The translations under genes and the position numbers were made by a program. From Selaginella moellendorffii (taxonomy: Eukaryota > Plantae > Lycopodiophyta), in the NCBI RefSeq assembly GCF_000143415.4, contig NW_003314289.1, positions 908,035 through 972,034 on the forward strand: a stretch of 64,000 bases of DNA, in the 5' to 3' direction. Position 1 is the stretch's first letter. The number at the start of each line of letters is the position of its first letter. Positions 37,336 through 49,303 of this stretch are shown here, piece after piece. The notes beneath the pieces are model-generated. The model was not told where the DNA came from. It made no database searches and saw only the letters and a list, made by a program, of their open reading frames with translations.

Positions 37336-37408
37336 CGCCGCCCGTGGGGCTCGAACCCACGACCACAAGGTTAAGAGCCTTGCGCTCTACCAGCTGAGCT
37401 AGGGCGGC
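37336..37408 (-). tRNA. tRNA-Lys(CUU)
   Basis: 73-nt cloverleaf, acceptor stem GCCGCCC/GGGCGGC, anticodon loop CTCTTAA, GGTTCGAGC T-loop, followed by a T-run. Confidence 0.97.
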
Positions 37409-37444
37409 TTTGCTTGTCAGAAAGATAAAATCCTATACTTTTGA

Positions 37445-38926
37445 TTAGTGTCCATTTCGTTTGAGAATGGCAACCACGAACACCAGTATCACAGGAGCCA
37501 AAGTTAGTACAAAGTAGAACAATCCCTCTGTAAATGCCGCTTTTTGATCATCTTCTCCTTCTTCACTGGATGGTTTTGTGTAGGACGAGTTGTAGCGAGT
37601 GTACTTCCTTGGAATGAGCTCGAAGTAGTCCCGGTAAGCGTTCGCGTCCCATGTTGAGTTTTCACTTACTTTGAGCTTCTCCGCGGCCTAGAAAGTTTTT
37701 GATTGACGAGATCCGAAACTATATGACAAGGTTCTTTGATTTACCTCGAAACTAAATATGAGTTGTTTGGCTCTTTTCTTGACGCTCTGACTTGAATGCG
37801 AGACAAGCTTGTCATAGATCACGCGAGCTTCACGCGATCTGGAGTGAAAGAAAGACAACTTTGTGAAAGAGAAAAGCTGGAGATTATTTTACCTATTCAT
37901 GGATTCGAGGCACAATGCCTTTGAGAGCGCTGCTTGTCCATGGAGCTCGCTCTGCCAAGCAGAAAAAACGAATTTTGCTTTAGAACAACGACTGAAACTT
38001 CATGACTGAAACCTGGAAAACCATCTTCTCCATGACAATCTCAAAGTTTTGCACTGCATCTCTTAACTTGCCACTCTTGAGCAATCCTTCTGCTTTACTC
38101 ATGATCTGCAACGTAACTACATGTTCCACCATTTAGAAATCGAGAGATCTGAAACAAAAGAGGAATACAAACCTCTTGGCACTCGGAAGAAACTCTCGGA
38201 TCAATATCCAGGCCCATTTTTCGTCGATACTCGGCAAGCAACTCTTTAGTCTTTGTTTCGCGAGCTTTCTTCTCCTCGTCAGTTTCAAGCTCTTCTCCCG
38301 GTTTTATTGTTCGTCCTCCTCCAAACTACAAGAAAAACAAAGATCAAAGATCAAACACAAAACGTGCCATCTCTTCTTCCAGAAAAAAAAAAAAAGAAAA
38401 AAGAAAACTGATTTTTTACCGTCTTGGAGATGTTTGGAGGCCGCGGGAACACACCCCACGTAGAAACCTTGGGCTTGTACAAATCATCTCCAGCTTTCGA
38501 TGCATCCTCGACGTCTCTCGTGATGATCTCCACTTCCGGGAGCTGTCCGGGAGGCGGAGCTTCAAACTCGGCGATCAATCCCGCCGGCCGCCCCGGCTTC
38601 TTCTTCTCGGAGAAGTCCAGCCCCACGAATTCCATCCCCTTCTTCCTGATCTCCAGCGTGAGGGAGTCCTGAGGCCGTGGAACTCGCCTCTTGATCACCC
38701 CATCTCTCGTGATAATCTCGACTTCCACCTCGTTCGACGATAATGGGCTCTTCTCCTCCTCTTTGCTTTTCTTGATTTTCAGCTCCTCCATTTTCTTGCG
38801 ATAAGCAGCGGCTCGCTCCATCGCGCTTTGCGGCCCATTTTGATCCGAGCTAGAAGCTCGCGGTGTAATTCGACTGAAACTCTGGATTCTACCACTCACC
38901 CAGCTCGCGGAGCACGACGCGTCCAT
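37445..38926 (-). CDS. Conserved plant protein, probably plastid-targeted, with TPR-like helices and a C-terminal membrane anchor (multi-exon)
   Basis: Ser/Arg-rich N-terminus, DLYKPKVSTWGVFPRPPNISKT, SELHGQAALSKALCLES, EARVIYDKLVSH, hydrophobic C-terminus LFYFVLTLAPVILVFVVAIL; short introns. Confidence 0.75.
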
Positions 38927-39008
38927 TCCCTCCTTCCCGCTAGCCCTAAAACACATGTTTAAACTTTTGAAAAACTTCTTTAAGGCTGATGTGTCAGTAC
39001 AAAAGCCT

Positions 39009-39038
39009 GCCACGTGGAGTAGTTATCTCGCCACGTCA
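39009..39038. promoter_or_regulatory. G-box / ACGT elements upstream of the 38926 gene
   Basis: GCCACGTGG (39009-39017) and CCACGTCA (39031-39038) in a 117-bp intergenic space. Confidence 0.55.
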
Positions 39039-39043
39039 CTACC

Positions 39044-39529
39044 TTAGTTTACAGTATGTGTGGCCCAGGTGGCCTTATTGTCCGACGTGTAGATGACAAC
39101 GTTGCCATCGTTTTGGGTGACGAGGCGGTACTGCTCGTCGTCCTTGCTGCTGACGTCAATGGTATCGCTGTCCCAGACTGCCACGTCGGCGTCGTTGAAG
39201 ATGACGAGGTTCCCATTTCCTTGGAGCAAGACATAGCAACCAGATGCTTTCTTATCCGTGCGTGATGCCCAGAGAGGCTTGTTATCACTTGTCCGATACA
39301 AAACTAAATTACAATCCGATTGCATTATCTGTACATTATAAATCAGAATGTATTGTGAATTATAAACATGATTCTCACAAACCAGATTGAAACGCCCATC
39401 TTGGGATTTGATGTTGTTCCTCACTAAATTGTTGCTCTTGAGCCTCGCATTGTGGCCTAAAATGTCTGCTGCTTGAGAGAGATTAACAACAAGAAGGAGA
39501 AGGATTGAGATTAAGATCCCTGTGATCAT
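39044..39529 (-). CDS. Secreted bulb-type (GNA-like) mannose-binding lectin, one intron (39329-39382)
   Basis: Signal peptide; three QxDxNxVxY-type motifs (QSDCNLVLY, QGNGNLVIF, QNDGNVVIY); LWASRT, TWATHT. Confidence 0.92.
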   Translation of the reverse strand: MITGILISILLLLVVNLSQAADILGHNARLKSNNLVRNNIKSQDGRFNLVCENHVYNSQYILIYNVQIMQSDCNLVLYRTSDNKPLWASRTDKKASGCYVLLQGNGNLVIFNDADVAVWDSDTIDVSSKDDEQYRLVTQNDGNVVIYTSDNKATWATHTVN

Positions 39530-39888
39530 TGCAAAGAGTGTTGGTGATCACCCTCCTTGACAAAGTTTAGAGAACCTCTCCTTCTTGGAAGAAGATTAGA
39601 TCGTGATTTATAGTAGTGGAATTTGATTTTGAATTGGTGGTGGAACTTAGTGCTCCACTATGTTTTGAATTGGTCTTTGACATTGATATATAATTGCCAC
39701 CTCAGGCCTACAGTCTTTACTGGTCAAAGTCTCCTTGAAACTGGTGTTGACTGCACGTTTCCAAAGAGGAGAGTTCAAAAGAAAACAGCAATCTTCCGCG
39801 GTTTTCAAAGGAATGATGGACTTTCTCGGCACCGGCTTGGCTACTTAACAAGCGTCTTCTTTTCTTTTCTTTGCAGATTCACCTAGAC

Positions 39889-40959
39889 ATGAAGATAATC
39901 ACAAGTGTTGTTCTCTGCTTGTTCTTGATCAATTCTGTGAGCATCAAAGTTCTTGCACAAGATGGCTCTTGCTCAGCAGCCAAGCTTTGCCAATCCGGTT
40001 ACTGCTGTAGCAAGTTTGGTTACTGTGGCACAACCGATGCATACTGTGGATCTGGAAACTGTGCTTCACAGTGCCCAGGTAGCGGAGGTGGCGGCGGCGG
40101 CGGCGGTGGCGGCGGCGGTGGAAGCACAACCAAGGGTGGCATAGCAATATACTGGGGCCAAGATGGAAACGAAGGGACCTTGCTCAGCGCTTGCAACACT
40201 GGAAGATACCGCATTCTTATCATCTCCTTCCTTTCGCAGTTTGGAAGAGGGCAAACCCCACTTCTCAACCTTGCCGGGCACTGCGATCCACCCTCCGGTG
40301 GCTGCAAAGGCCTCACTTCGGACATCAACGCTTGCAAGAGCAAAGGCATCAAGGTTCTCCTGTCGATCGGCGGTGGCGCCGGAAGCTATGGCCTCTCTTC
40401 GTCCAGCGATGGCGAGTCCGTCGCCACCTACATCTGGAACAACTATTTGGGCGGTTCTTCGAGCAATCGTCCGCTTGGGTCCGCTGTTCTTGACGGCGTC
40501 GACTTTGACATCGAGACGGGCAACACTCCACAGCAGTATTACATCGCCATGGCTCAGAAGCTCAAATCTTTCAATGGTAACTTGATTCTAAGCGCTGCTC
40601 CTCAGTGTCCAATCCCAGACGCAAGCCTTGGATCCGTGATCAAGGTTCCCGGGCTGTTCACATATGTGTTCGTGCAGTTCTATAACAATCCACAGTGTCA
40701 GTACAACAACAATGGAGTTTCCGGGATCTTGGGCTCTTGGAATAATTGGGTTTCAAACTCCGTCACCCCAAGCACTGTCAAGGTTTTCATGGGATTGCCA
40801 GCATCACCTCAAGCTGCTGGGTCTGGATACATGCCTCCTAATGTTCTTACGTCCCAGGTCTTGCCAACCATCAAGGGCTCCTCCAAGTACGGAGGTGTGA
40901 TGCTTTACTCTGTGGCTTATGACAAGTCGTACAGCAGTGCCATCGTCTCCAGTGTTTGA
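39889..40959 (+). CDS. Hevein (CBM18) domain + Gly linker + GH18 class III chitinase
   Basis: Signal peptide; 8-Cys [35 protein letters not shown]; poly-Gly; [37 protein letters not shown]; single uninterrupted ORF. Confidence 0.95.
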   Translation: MKIITSVVLCLFLINSVSIKVLAQDGSCSAAKLCQSGYCCSKFGYCGTTDAYCGSGNCASQCPGSGGGGGGGGGGGGGSTTKGGIAIYWGQDGNEGTLLSACNTGRYRILIISFLSQFGRGQTPLLNLAGHCDPPSGGCKGLTSDINACKSKGIKVLLSIGGGAGSYGLSSSSDGESVATYIWNNYLGGSSSNRPLGSAVLDGVDFDIETGNTPQQYYIAMAQKLKSFNGNLILSAAPQCPIPDASLGSVIKVPGLFTYVFVQFYNNPQCQYNNNGVSGILGSWNNWVSNSVTPSTVKVFMGLPASPQAAGSGYMPPNVLTSQVLPTIKGSSKYGGVMLYSVAYDKSYSSAIVSSV

Positions 40960-41728
40960 GAGAAAATAAGCTGCTGTTCATAATAATGTGCAACTTATGA
41001 AAGAGTGCAAAAACGTTTTCTAGAATATTTCTTACACCCAACGTAGGATGTGGAAACATGATCATGATATATCAAAATTCGATTTTCGAGCTCAATGTAT
41101 CCATGAGAGAAATTAATCTTCTTGTGTCAATTATTTACGGCAAGATTCAAGCCCCGTTTTTACTGTCTCGTGTTTTTACCAAAATGGAGCGACAAGTTTG
41201 CGCTTGAATATTAATTGCTGTGAGGTCGTGAATCCCTTGCAAGAGTGCTTGCTCTAGATTTTTTGCTAGATAGATTTCTTTCATTCTTACTCTTTCTTTT
41301 ATCGTTTCAATGTTGCTTCTGGCACTGCTGGTGCATCACTCGATCGCTCTCAACTTGGTCCCAAGGCAAGGTTTTCGAGGCGATTTGCCTCTCGTAGTCC
41401 TCTCACGCCTTCGCGCTGCTGCCCTGGTACTGTTGGGTTAGGAACTTTGCCTGGCGCCAGTACTCCTCGCTCCTGATCATTGCCGGGTTAGAAGAACGAA
41501 CAAAGAAAAATCATCGTCTCCCGCTCCTCTTCGCCACCGCCTCAAGAGCTCTGGGCCTCGGGTTCTTTCCGGCTCAACGATTCATCTCGTTCTTCCCACC
41601 GCCATTGATGGCGAGCGTGTGCTGAATCCAGGCCCGGCAGAGAGGGTTTCCTCCAGCGAATCCGGGGACGAAGATAAAGCTAGACGACTTAACGTGAAAG
41701 TTGGCACGCGATTAATGTTAAACAAGAA

Positions 41729-41809
41729 GTTGAGATGGCCGAGTTGGTCTAAGGCGCCAGATTAAGGTTCTGGTCCGCAAGGGCGTGGGTTCGAATCCCA
41801 CTCTCAACA
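41729..41809 (+). tRNA. tRNA-Leu(AAG)
   Basis: GTTGAGA/TCTCAAC acceptor stem, CCAGA-TTAAGGT-TCTGG anticodon arm, long variable arm, GGTTCGAATCC. Confidence 0.96.
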
Positions 41810-41955
41810 CAAGATACTCTATTATAACTAAATCTACAGCGCTGCTACTTGATATTGTTCTTCAGTTTTGCATGGCACTTGTGCCAACTCTTCCAGGAGA
41901 GGCTTAAAAGATGAAACTAGAAGTTTGTCGAATTTTCTTCCCAATCACATGCAAA

Positions 41956-42028
41956 GCCGCCCTAGCTCAGTTGGTAGAGCGCAAGGCTCTTAACCTTGTG
42001 GTCGGGGGTTCGAGCCCCCCGGGCGGCG
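41956..42028 (+). tRNA. tRNA-Lys(CUU)
   Basis: 73-nt cloverleaf, near-identical to 37336-37408. Confidence 0.97.
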
Positions 42029-42086
42029 GTTATCGCAATCTCGTTTTGCTCGTGGCATTTTTTAATTTTTTTCTGGTTCTTGCGGA

Positions 42087-43107
42087 ATGGCGCTGGGCGC
42101 GCCCGCGATTTCATTCCATAGAAGCTTGATTCGCTGTGAGATCGCGGAGCCGTCGGGAAAGCCAGCGCCAATGGGCCAGAAGACACGATACAAGGATTCA
42201 ATCTTTGATAGAGCTTTCATGTCCCTCTTTTCCAGGAAGATGGAGAGTGCCACAGGTATGGATAAAATTCTGACATGGTTTATATCGTCCTTGTATGATC
42301 TAAAGAAATCTGATGTAGGAAGAGCTACCAACAAGCCGGGATACGATGGGTTCGTGGATGTATCGCGAGGGGTTCTCAAGGGAAGAACTCCTGTAGAGCA
42401 GCGAGCTCTTGTTCGTCAAGTTTTCCTATCAATCATGCCTCCCGGAGCTCCAGAAACGGTACTATTTATCTATGTGATGGCTGAGCGAACATTGTGATAC
42501 AGTTTCGAAAGCTATTTCCTCCAACTAAATGGGCTTGCGAGTTCAATGCTGCGATCACGGTGCCATTTTTCCAGTGGCTAGTAGGACCTTGCGAGGTAAA
42601 AAATAGTGTAGATTTGATTTTAGTTTATCAAACTCTTTGACAGACGTTTGAGGTAGAAGTGAATGGGGTGAAACAAAACAGTGGTGTGAAGATTCTGAAA
42701 TGCAGGTAAGAATTCTACAAAGAAGAAAAGTGCGCATGTAAAAATTGCTTTTCCAGGTATTTAGAGAACAGCTCCTGTGCTGGAATGTGCGTAAATGTGT
42801 GTAAAATTCCCACCCAAGATTTATTCACAAATGACTTTGGACTGCCTCTGACCATGACACCGAGTAAGAGGACTGATTTTTTCATTTCTTGTTTGATCAC
42901 TTGAACTCTTTTTTTGTGTAGATTTTGAGGACATGAGCTGCGAGATGATCTATGGACTCCAGCCGCCCTCTCTCGAAGAGGATCCAGCATTGAAGCAACC
43001 ATGTCTTGAACGTTGTAAGTTTTTATATCATTTGCTCACTAATTGCAGTCTTTATTTTGTTAAAAGGTCCAACTTCTACTACAAAGCCAATTTGCACAAA
43101 ACTGTAG
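42087..43107 (+). CDS. DWARF27-like beta-carotene isomerase, copy 2, multi-exon
   Basis: Same exons and motifs as copy 1 in inverted orientation; ends ICTKL-TAG. Confidence 0.92.
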
Positions 43108-43236
43108 AGAAATAATTATGGTAAAGATTATTTCCTCATTCTAAAGTTCGTTTTTACCACTTTCACCTTTTTTATTTGCAACCTGTAGAGTCGCAGCCTT
43201 GCTCCTTTCGATCCTGGCAAGTCGCAATCACTTTCA

Positions 43237-44480
43237 CTAGAGCCCCTCTCGAGTTCCCCCTGTTCTGGACCAACACCTCAGCAGGAGTGATCTCAACCTT
43301 GGCGATGCTTTGATCTCCCCAAACTCCTTTTCAAACTCCCTGGGCTGCAAGATCTCAAGAGCACCTTGAACACCTCGAATCCACAGTATCCCATGAAAAT
43401 GTGCCATCCTGACCAGATCCATCCAGATCCTCCTTGTGGTTCGTCGTGAATATAATGATTCTCTCACCCCCCATCGATGAAATTCAGTAGCCCCGACAGT
43501 GTAAGCTTGCTACTCCCTTCATCCATTTTCTTGTCTTCTTTTCGGACTCGCCATCCGTCTCTTTGGTTTCTTCTTCCAGTGCTGGATTCCCCCTCTTCTT
43601 AAGCTCCAGCGAGCAGTCGATGTCCTCGATCATGATGATAGCTCTAGTTCTAGAGCTCTATCCCCATGAGCAGCTTCCTCAAGTCGGCATTGCTCTTCAC
43701 CTCCGTCAGCTCCATGTCGTAGACATCGTACTGCGTGGGTGGCAAGGAGTTCTTCAGCTGGGAGAGCTTGGAAGCGCGGGTATCTGGGCCACCAGGGACT
43801 GGGAAGTCGTCGCTCATCTCTGCCATCGCAAACTACATGAAGGAGTCCAGGTCCTGGATGATCTTGTTCTTGAGCTCGGGATCCAGCGCCACTTGAGAAC
43901 GTCAAGGCATGCTTGAAGGCACCGATCTCCACGTCTTGTTCTTGTAAACCCGCTCCATTGAGTGTCGAATGCTGGTGTAGAGCTGCCAGTCTTGGTTCTG
44001 TCGTTTCAAGCTCTCCCCAGGCTTGATAACTTCCCTCATGTACTCCGGCAAGAGCGTATACTTGTGCCTCCTGTGAACTTGGACGACGTACTCTCGCTGT
44101 GTTCCTCCACTTCGATCGTAGTAACTGGGCCGTCCATTGCCGGAGGACTCGGTGACGCTGAAAGTCCAGGAGAATGTGACTCCTTTGAACTTGTCCTTCA
44201 CTCCCTTGCCACGGCAATTCAGCTATATAGCGTTCTTCACTCTGGTAAACTGGATCCTGTTTGCCGAGCTTTGGTGTTGGTGTCGGTGAGATGAGCGACG
44301 TAGAGGTCGTAGATCTCGTTGACGTTGCTGGATTGAGAGCTCGGTATCCCACCCAAGCCAAGTTACAAACCTCTTGAGCTTGAACTCCAGACGGACCCAG
44401 ACGTGGCGATTAACTATCTGGTTGATGATGAAGCCCATGAGAAAACCGAGATGGGAGAACTACCCCACTGCCAGTGCCAT
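43237..44480 (-). pseudogene. BCS1/ASD-type AAA-ATPase pseudogene
   Basis: DKFKGVTFSWTF, WRSVP, YDVYDMELTEVKSNADLRKLL, IEDIDCSL (Walker B), LTLSGLLNFIDG, IIIFTTNHKEDLD; several stops and frameshifts, Walker A corrupted. Confidence 0.88.
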
Positions 44481-44944
44481 CTTGCTCGGTTGCTTCTGCT
44501 GTGAGAATGAGAAGAATCTGACCTTGCAGCCTCGCTCTTTATTCGCCTGAAGGTCAAGCCAAAACGAAGCCACCTCCCGCGAATGCGAATTGTTAGTCTC
44601 GTGCTGCTGACGAGACGAAGAATACCTTCTTTACATTAAGGAGCCCAAGCCAAACGACATGAGGCGTTGAAATGAGCTCCAGAACCTTCCCTGCGACCAT
44701 TATCTGCGTAGATCCACTGACAATTGTGCAATCTCAAAAAAAACTAGATTCCGCCACAGCGTATATTACATCAAACGCTAGGAACCATTGAAAGCCTCCA
44801 TAGCCTCAAAAGAATCAACAAACAAAAATACAATCACCGTGTGGCATCCTAATCAATTAGTGGAATCTTTACAGAATCTCTAATAAAGAACAATTCATCG
44901 AGTCCATAGATTTCGCAGCTCCAAATATACGTTCAAAGAGGAAC

Positions 44945-45712
44945 TTCTGAAAACATCAATCTTCTCGTACTGGGTGTCATTTGTGTGGGTGGGATCTTTA
45001 CACACATTTACGCACTGTTCTCTAGATACCTGGAAAAGTATTTTTACATCATGCTTAGACGGAGTGAAACAAAACAGCAGTGTGAAGATTCTTAAATGCA
45101 GGTAAAATCTACAAAGACAAAACTATTCAGTGCGCCGCAAGCACAAGGACGCCCTAGCAGCACCTTGAGCACCTTTCAATGCTGGGGCGCTTAACCATCT
45201 ACTTCAAACCGCTGTAAAAAAAAGGATATAGAAAAGAGCAAAGTAGGATCAAATCTAGAGTGTTTTTTTACCTTGCACTACTACCCACTGGAAAACTGAC
45301 ACCGTGATCGCAGCACTGAGCTCGCACGCCCACTTAGTTGGATGAAATAGCTTTTGAAACTATATCACATTGGATCATTCATATTATAGATAAAACCCAG
45401 CAAAATCTTTGATACCGTTTCTGGAGCTCCGGGAGGCATGATGGATAGGAGAAACTCACGAACAAAAGCTCGCTGCTCCACAGGAGTTCTTTCCCGAAGA
45501 ACACCTCGCGATAACTAGCTCTTCCTACATTATACATACAAGAACAATGTAAACCATGTAAGAATCTTGGCACGTGAACGCCATTGAATCTTTGGTAGAT
45601 TCAATCCGGATTCCGAAAGAGCACACAAAGAAAGGAAGATTCAAAAAAGAGGAAGACTTAATCCACAAGCATGGCGCCACAAGGTTAAGAACCTCAACTG
45701 AGCTGGGTGGCC
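44945..45712 (-). pseudogene. Scrambled D27-like fragments with a tRNA-Lys remnant
   Basis: Pieces matching 36440-37080; one piece inverted (45060-45110); ccacaaggttaagaacct..ctgagct at ~45677-45710. Confidence 0.85.
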
Positions 45713-46334
45713 TGATTTAAAGTCGTACCAGATATTAGTTCGCATCCTATCCCACGTATAGAACCGATCCTTCGTCTATTGAGTCCAGCTCGAGCCAACC
45801 TTGCTTCCAGTCATGGCTGGTCCTCTGTTGTGAATCGTGTCCGATAGAAGGCATCCAGCTCTAGAGCTCATGCATCTGCTCCACGCTTGTCACCGTCATG
45901 GTTTCAATGTGGCTTTGATCCAATCAAGGGCTAGCCGTCCAGTCAGTCGGGGCTCACTCTAGGAAGACCTCGATTACTCTCTTAGGTCTGATGTTCTCGT
46001 CTAGTAAGAGTAAGACCAGTAAGGTCCACATGTCCTTGATCAAAGGAGATGTGGAAGTGCTTATAAGATCGATTCCACTTGGCTCTGGCGCGAGATCGAG
46101 CACTAGAAAACTTGCCAATTGGTACATATGGCGATTTCCAGAGAGTAGCATTTGCTCCATGACGGGGGTCTCTAATTGTTCTGCTGCTTCTTGAGCCTCG
46201 AGGAAAGATCAATCCCCGTCACCGCAGAAAACGATGTCCCTTCTGCCTTCTCATGGCATACATAGATAGACACATCCATGACATAATCCATCTCACAACT
46301 TTATCGAATCGCAATGAGCCACGCCATAACACTG

Positions 46335-47140
46335 CGCACCGTGATTGAGCTCGCACGCCCACGTAGTTGGAGGAAATAGCTTTATCACATGTTAGAGATA
46401 AAAATCAGCAGGAGAGCCTCAGGAACAAGAGCTCGCTGGAGTTCTTCCCAAAGAACACCTCGGAATACATCCACAAATCCATCATATCATCTTGTTACTA
46501 GCTCTTCCTGCATTTTAAATACAAGAACAATGTAAACCATGTAAGAATCTTGGCAAAGAGGGACATGAACGCTCTTTCAAAGATTATATCTTCGATAGAT
46601 TCAATCTGGATTCCGAAAGAACACCGTTGAAATCCAGGTAGCTATAGAGATGAATGGAGTGACAATAATTTGCATCCTAGCTAAGAAACAATAACAATAA
46701 CAATGATGTAATAATAACAATAATGTCTTTTTCTTTTTCTTTGCAATGAACATCAAACAACAGTTTAGATATCCAGATGGCACACTATTCATTTTTATTT
46801 CCAAGGATTTAAACTAAGTTAGACCTTTAACACAATAAGTAGAGTCTAGTGAGCAAAATTTCTATGATTTACAAAGAATATAAACTTACAAAGCTGGAAA
46901 CATGATTGCTTTAGTGCTGGATCTTCTTCGAGAGTGGGCAGAGTCCAACTCCAAATCTACAATAAAATGTTCAAGAGTGATAAGGAAGAACATATGATAA
47001 CATCAATCTTCTTGAGAATATTTCCTAGGGGAAATTTTTAACACATTTACACACATTCCAGCACAAGTGCTGTTCTATACACCGGGAAAAGTATTTTTAC
47101 ATCATGCTTAGACGGAGTGAAACAAAACAGCAGTGTGATT
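46335..47140. pseudogene. Further D27-like fragments with an inverted FMO last-exon/3' fragment (46630-46770)
   Basis: 46335-46620 and 46880-47140 match D27-like copy 1; 46630-46765 is the reverse complement of ~51905-52055. Confidence 0.82.
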
Positions 47141-47604
47141 TCTTACACCATGTCTTAATGAATAATCATTGATGCAGGGAAGTTATCAATTGCCTATGGC
47201 GGAAAAAAAGAAGTGTTGCGACACGTAATGTATTGACCAGCATTGACATTTAACTTTTTGCAGTGGACTTGCTGTGTCACATGTTTATAGTTATTTCCTC
47301 CAAGTCTTCTTCTAAAGTGAAATATAATATTTGTTATTTTAATATTATTCCAATTTCGTTTTCAATGTAACAAAACTATAACAATCAAAACAGTATTTGT
47401 TATGGATTGGGTCGATTGGATTGCATTGACTGGATGGATGGAAACTGGAGCGAGGAACAAGATGGATGGATGGAAACTGGAGCGAGGAACAAGAGAGAGA
47501 GAGCGGAAAGAAATTCCCATTTTCGCCCGGCAGCAAATAGGTAGTATATATATGTTTAAACTATTGTTTGATGTTCATTACAAAGAAAAGCAAAGGAATT
47601 ATTG

Positions 47605-49303
47605 TTATTGTTGTTGTTTCTTAGCCAGGATGGCCACCACCTTTTCATGGAAATCATTGTCATTCCATTCATCTCTATAGATACCTGGATTGAGCTTCTT
47701 CTTATCTAGTGTGCTTAGACAGAGCTCCTTCCTCCAAGGCTCAAAGCCATGGCAAGTTCCTCCACACTGCTTTGCTATCCATTCAGCATAGTCGAACTGA
47801 AACACCAGGCATTAGAAACTAGAAGAGATCGTTGGATACGAAAAACACTAGAAAAAATAATTAAAAAAAAAAAACAAACCGTCTCGAGATATAGATGGTT
47901 AGTGTATCGTTTTGGAACACCCTGAGCTTCGAGAGTTCTGTAAAAGTCCACAACTTCGTTTGCCATCTCTCCTTTCGATGGTAAACTCGCTCGTCCCTTG
48001 AGCACGGCAGCAATCCATTTAGCTTGTAGCTCGCTCAAAGGAAAAGCGATAGTCTGGAAAGGACGACAACTTAGATGGAAGAGCTCGAAGAAACAAACAA
48101 TGAAAACCTTGCAAGGAAGGCCAACAAACGAGAGAGATGGAGCCAATGCAGGAGGAAAGACATGCTTAAACAAGGGCCCAACGCGATTGTCTTCCACTTT
48201 AATGTAGCTTTTGGTGTCCAAGAATGAAAAGTTATATAAGTAACTACAAAAGCACATTATATGAAACGAAAAAGAGAAGGAGAATTCGTAAATTACCCAG
48301 TGCAATGCAAAATAACATCCACAACAGCTGACATTCCATCCATAAAATGCAATCGTCCGTCTTCGTCAGCTCTTGATATCTAAAAGAAAAAACGTTAGAG
48401 AAATACGAGATAAAAAAAACGAAACTTTGAGCTTACCATCAAGTGTCTTTGGATCTTCCCTTGTTGAAGTGGCTCTGATAAAGAATTCCATGACTTGGCA
48501 CACCAGTGAACTTTCTTGCAAGCAGCAGCAATGTCGCTGCACAAATCTTCGCCGCTTGGACCATTTCCAATGACTGCTACCACCTTGTGAAACAATGAAA
48601 CTGAGGGAGAGCTTTCCAGGTTTGAAAAATCACTAGTTTGATCATCCAAACCTGGTCTTTGAAAGGATCTGGAGTGCGATAGGTATGACTGTGGTAATGC
48701 TTTCCAGGCCACCTCTCAATCCCTGTAGAAACAAAGAGTTCTTCGTTCTATCTATGAAAGTTCTTAGATGCTTTGAGAAGACTTACCAGGAATTTGAGCG
48801 ACCCTTGGCTGGAAATAATGACCATTACAAACCACGACCGCGTCAAACACCTCCTCACTCTCTTTTTCTTCCTTTCCAGCGCTGCTCGAGCTCTTGACGA
48901 TCCAATTGCTCTCCACCAATCCAACATACTTGACTTTGGAGTTAAATCTCACGTAGCCATGGAGCCCGAACTCCACCGCGAAGCTCTCGCGGTAATCCAA
49001 GACTTCCTCGTGGCCGGGGAATCTCCTCGCATCCCTGGACGAGCGGCGCGGCACGAAAGGATAATCCAAGAAGCCCATGACCTCCCGCGGCAAATTCGTG
49101 CGCAGGGATTCATACATGCTGCTGTGGCATGAATAATTGCGGGCCGCATTTGATGATCCAGAGTGATTCTCTTCATACACCCATGTACCTCCGATTCGCC
49201 GCGCTTGCTCGAAGATCACGACGCTGTGGCCCTCTCGCAGGAGCTCCCGAGCGGCTACGAGACCCGACGCGCCAGCGCCAATCACTGCTACTCTCTTCTC
49301 CAT
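47605..49303 (-). CDS. Flavin-containing monooxygenase (FMO GS-OX-like clade), copy A, multi-exon
   Basis: VAVIGAGASG, HSSMYESLRTNLPREVMGF, FDAVVVCNGHY, HSHTYR motif, VIGNGPSG, NRVGPLFKHVFPP, YRDEW. Confidence 0.92.

Noticed and set aside
43630-44361. 243-aa ORF as an intact gene
   Set aside because: AAA-ATPase motifs are spread across different frames with stops, so it is a pseudogene.
45677-45710. Additional tRNA-Lys gene
   Set aside because: Only anticodon/D-arm fragments remain; the T-arm and most of the acceptor stem are missing.
47433-47491. ~30-bp direct repeat (ggatggatggaaactggagcgaggaacaa x2)
   Set aside because: Simple local duplication with no further structure.
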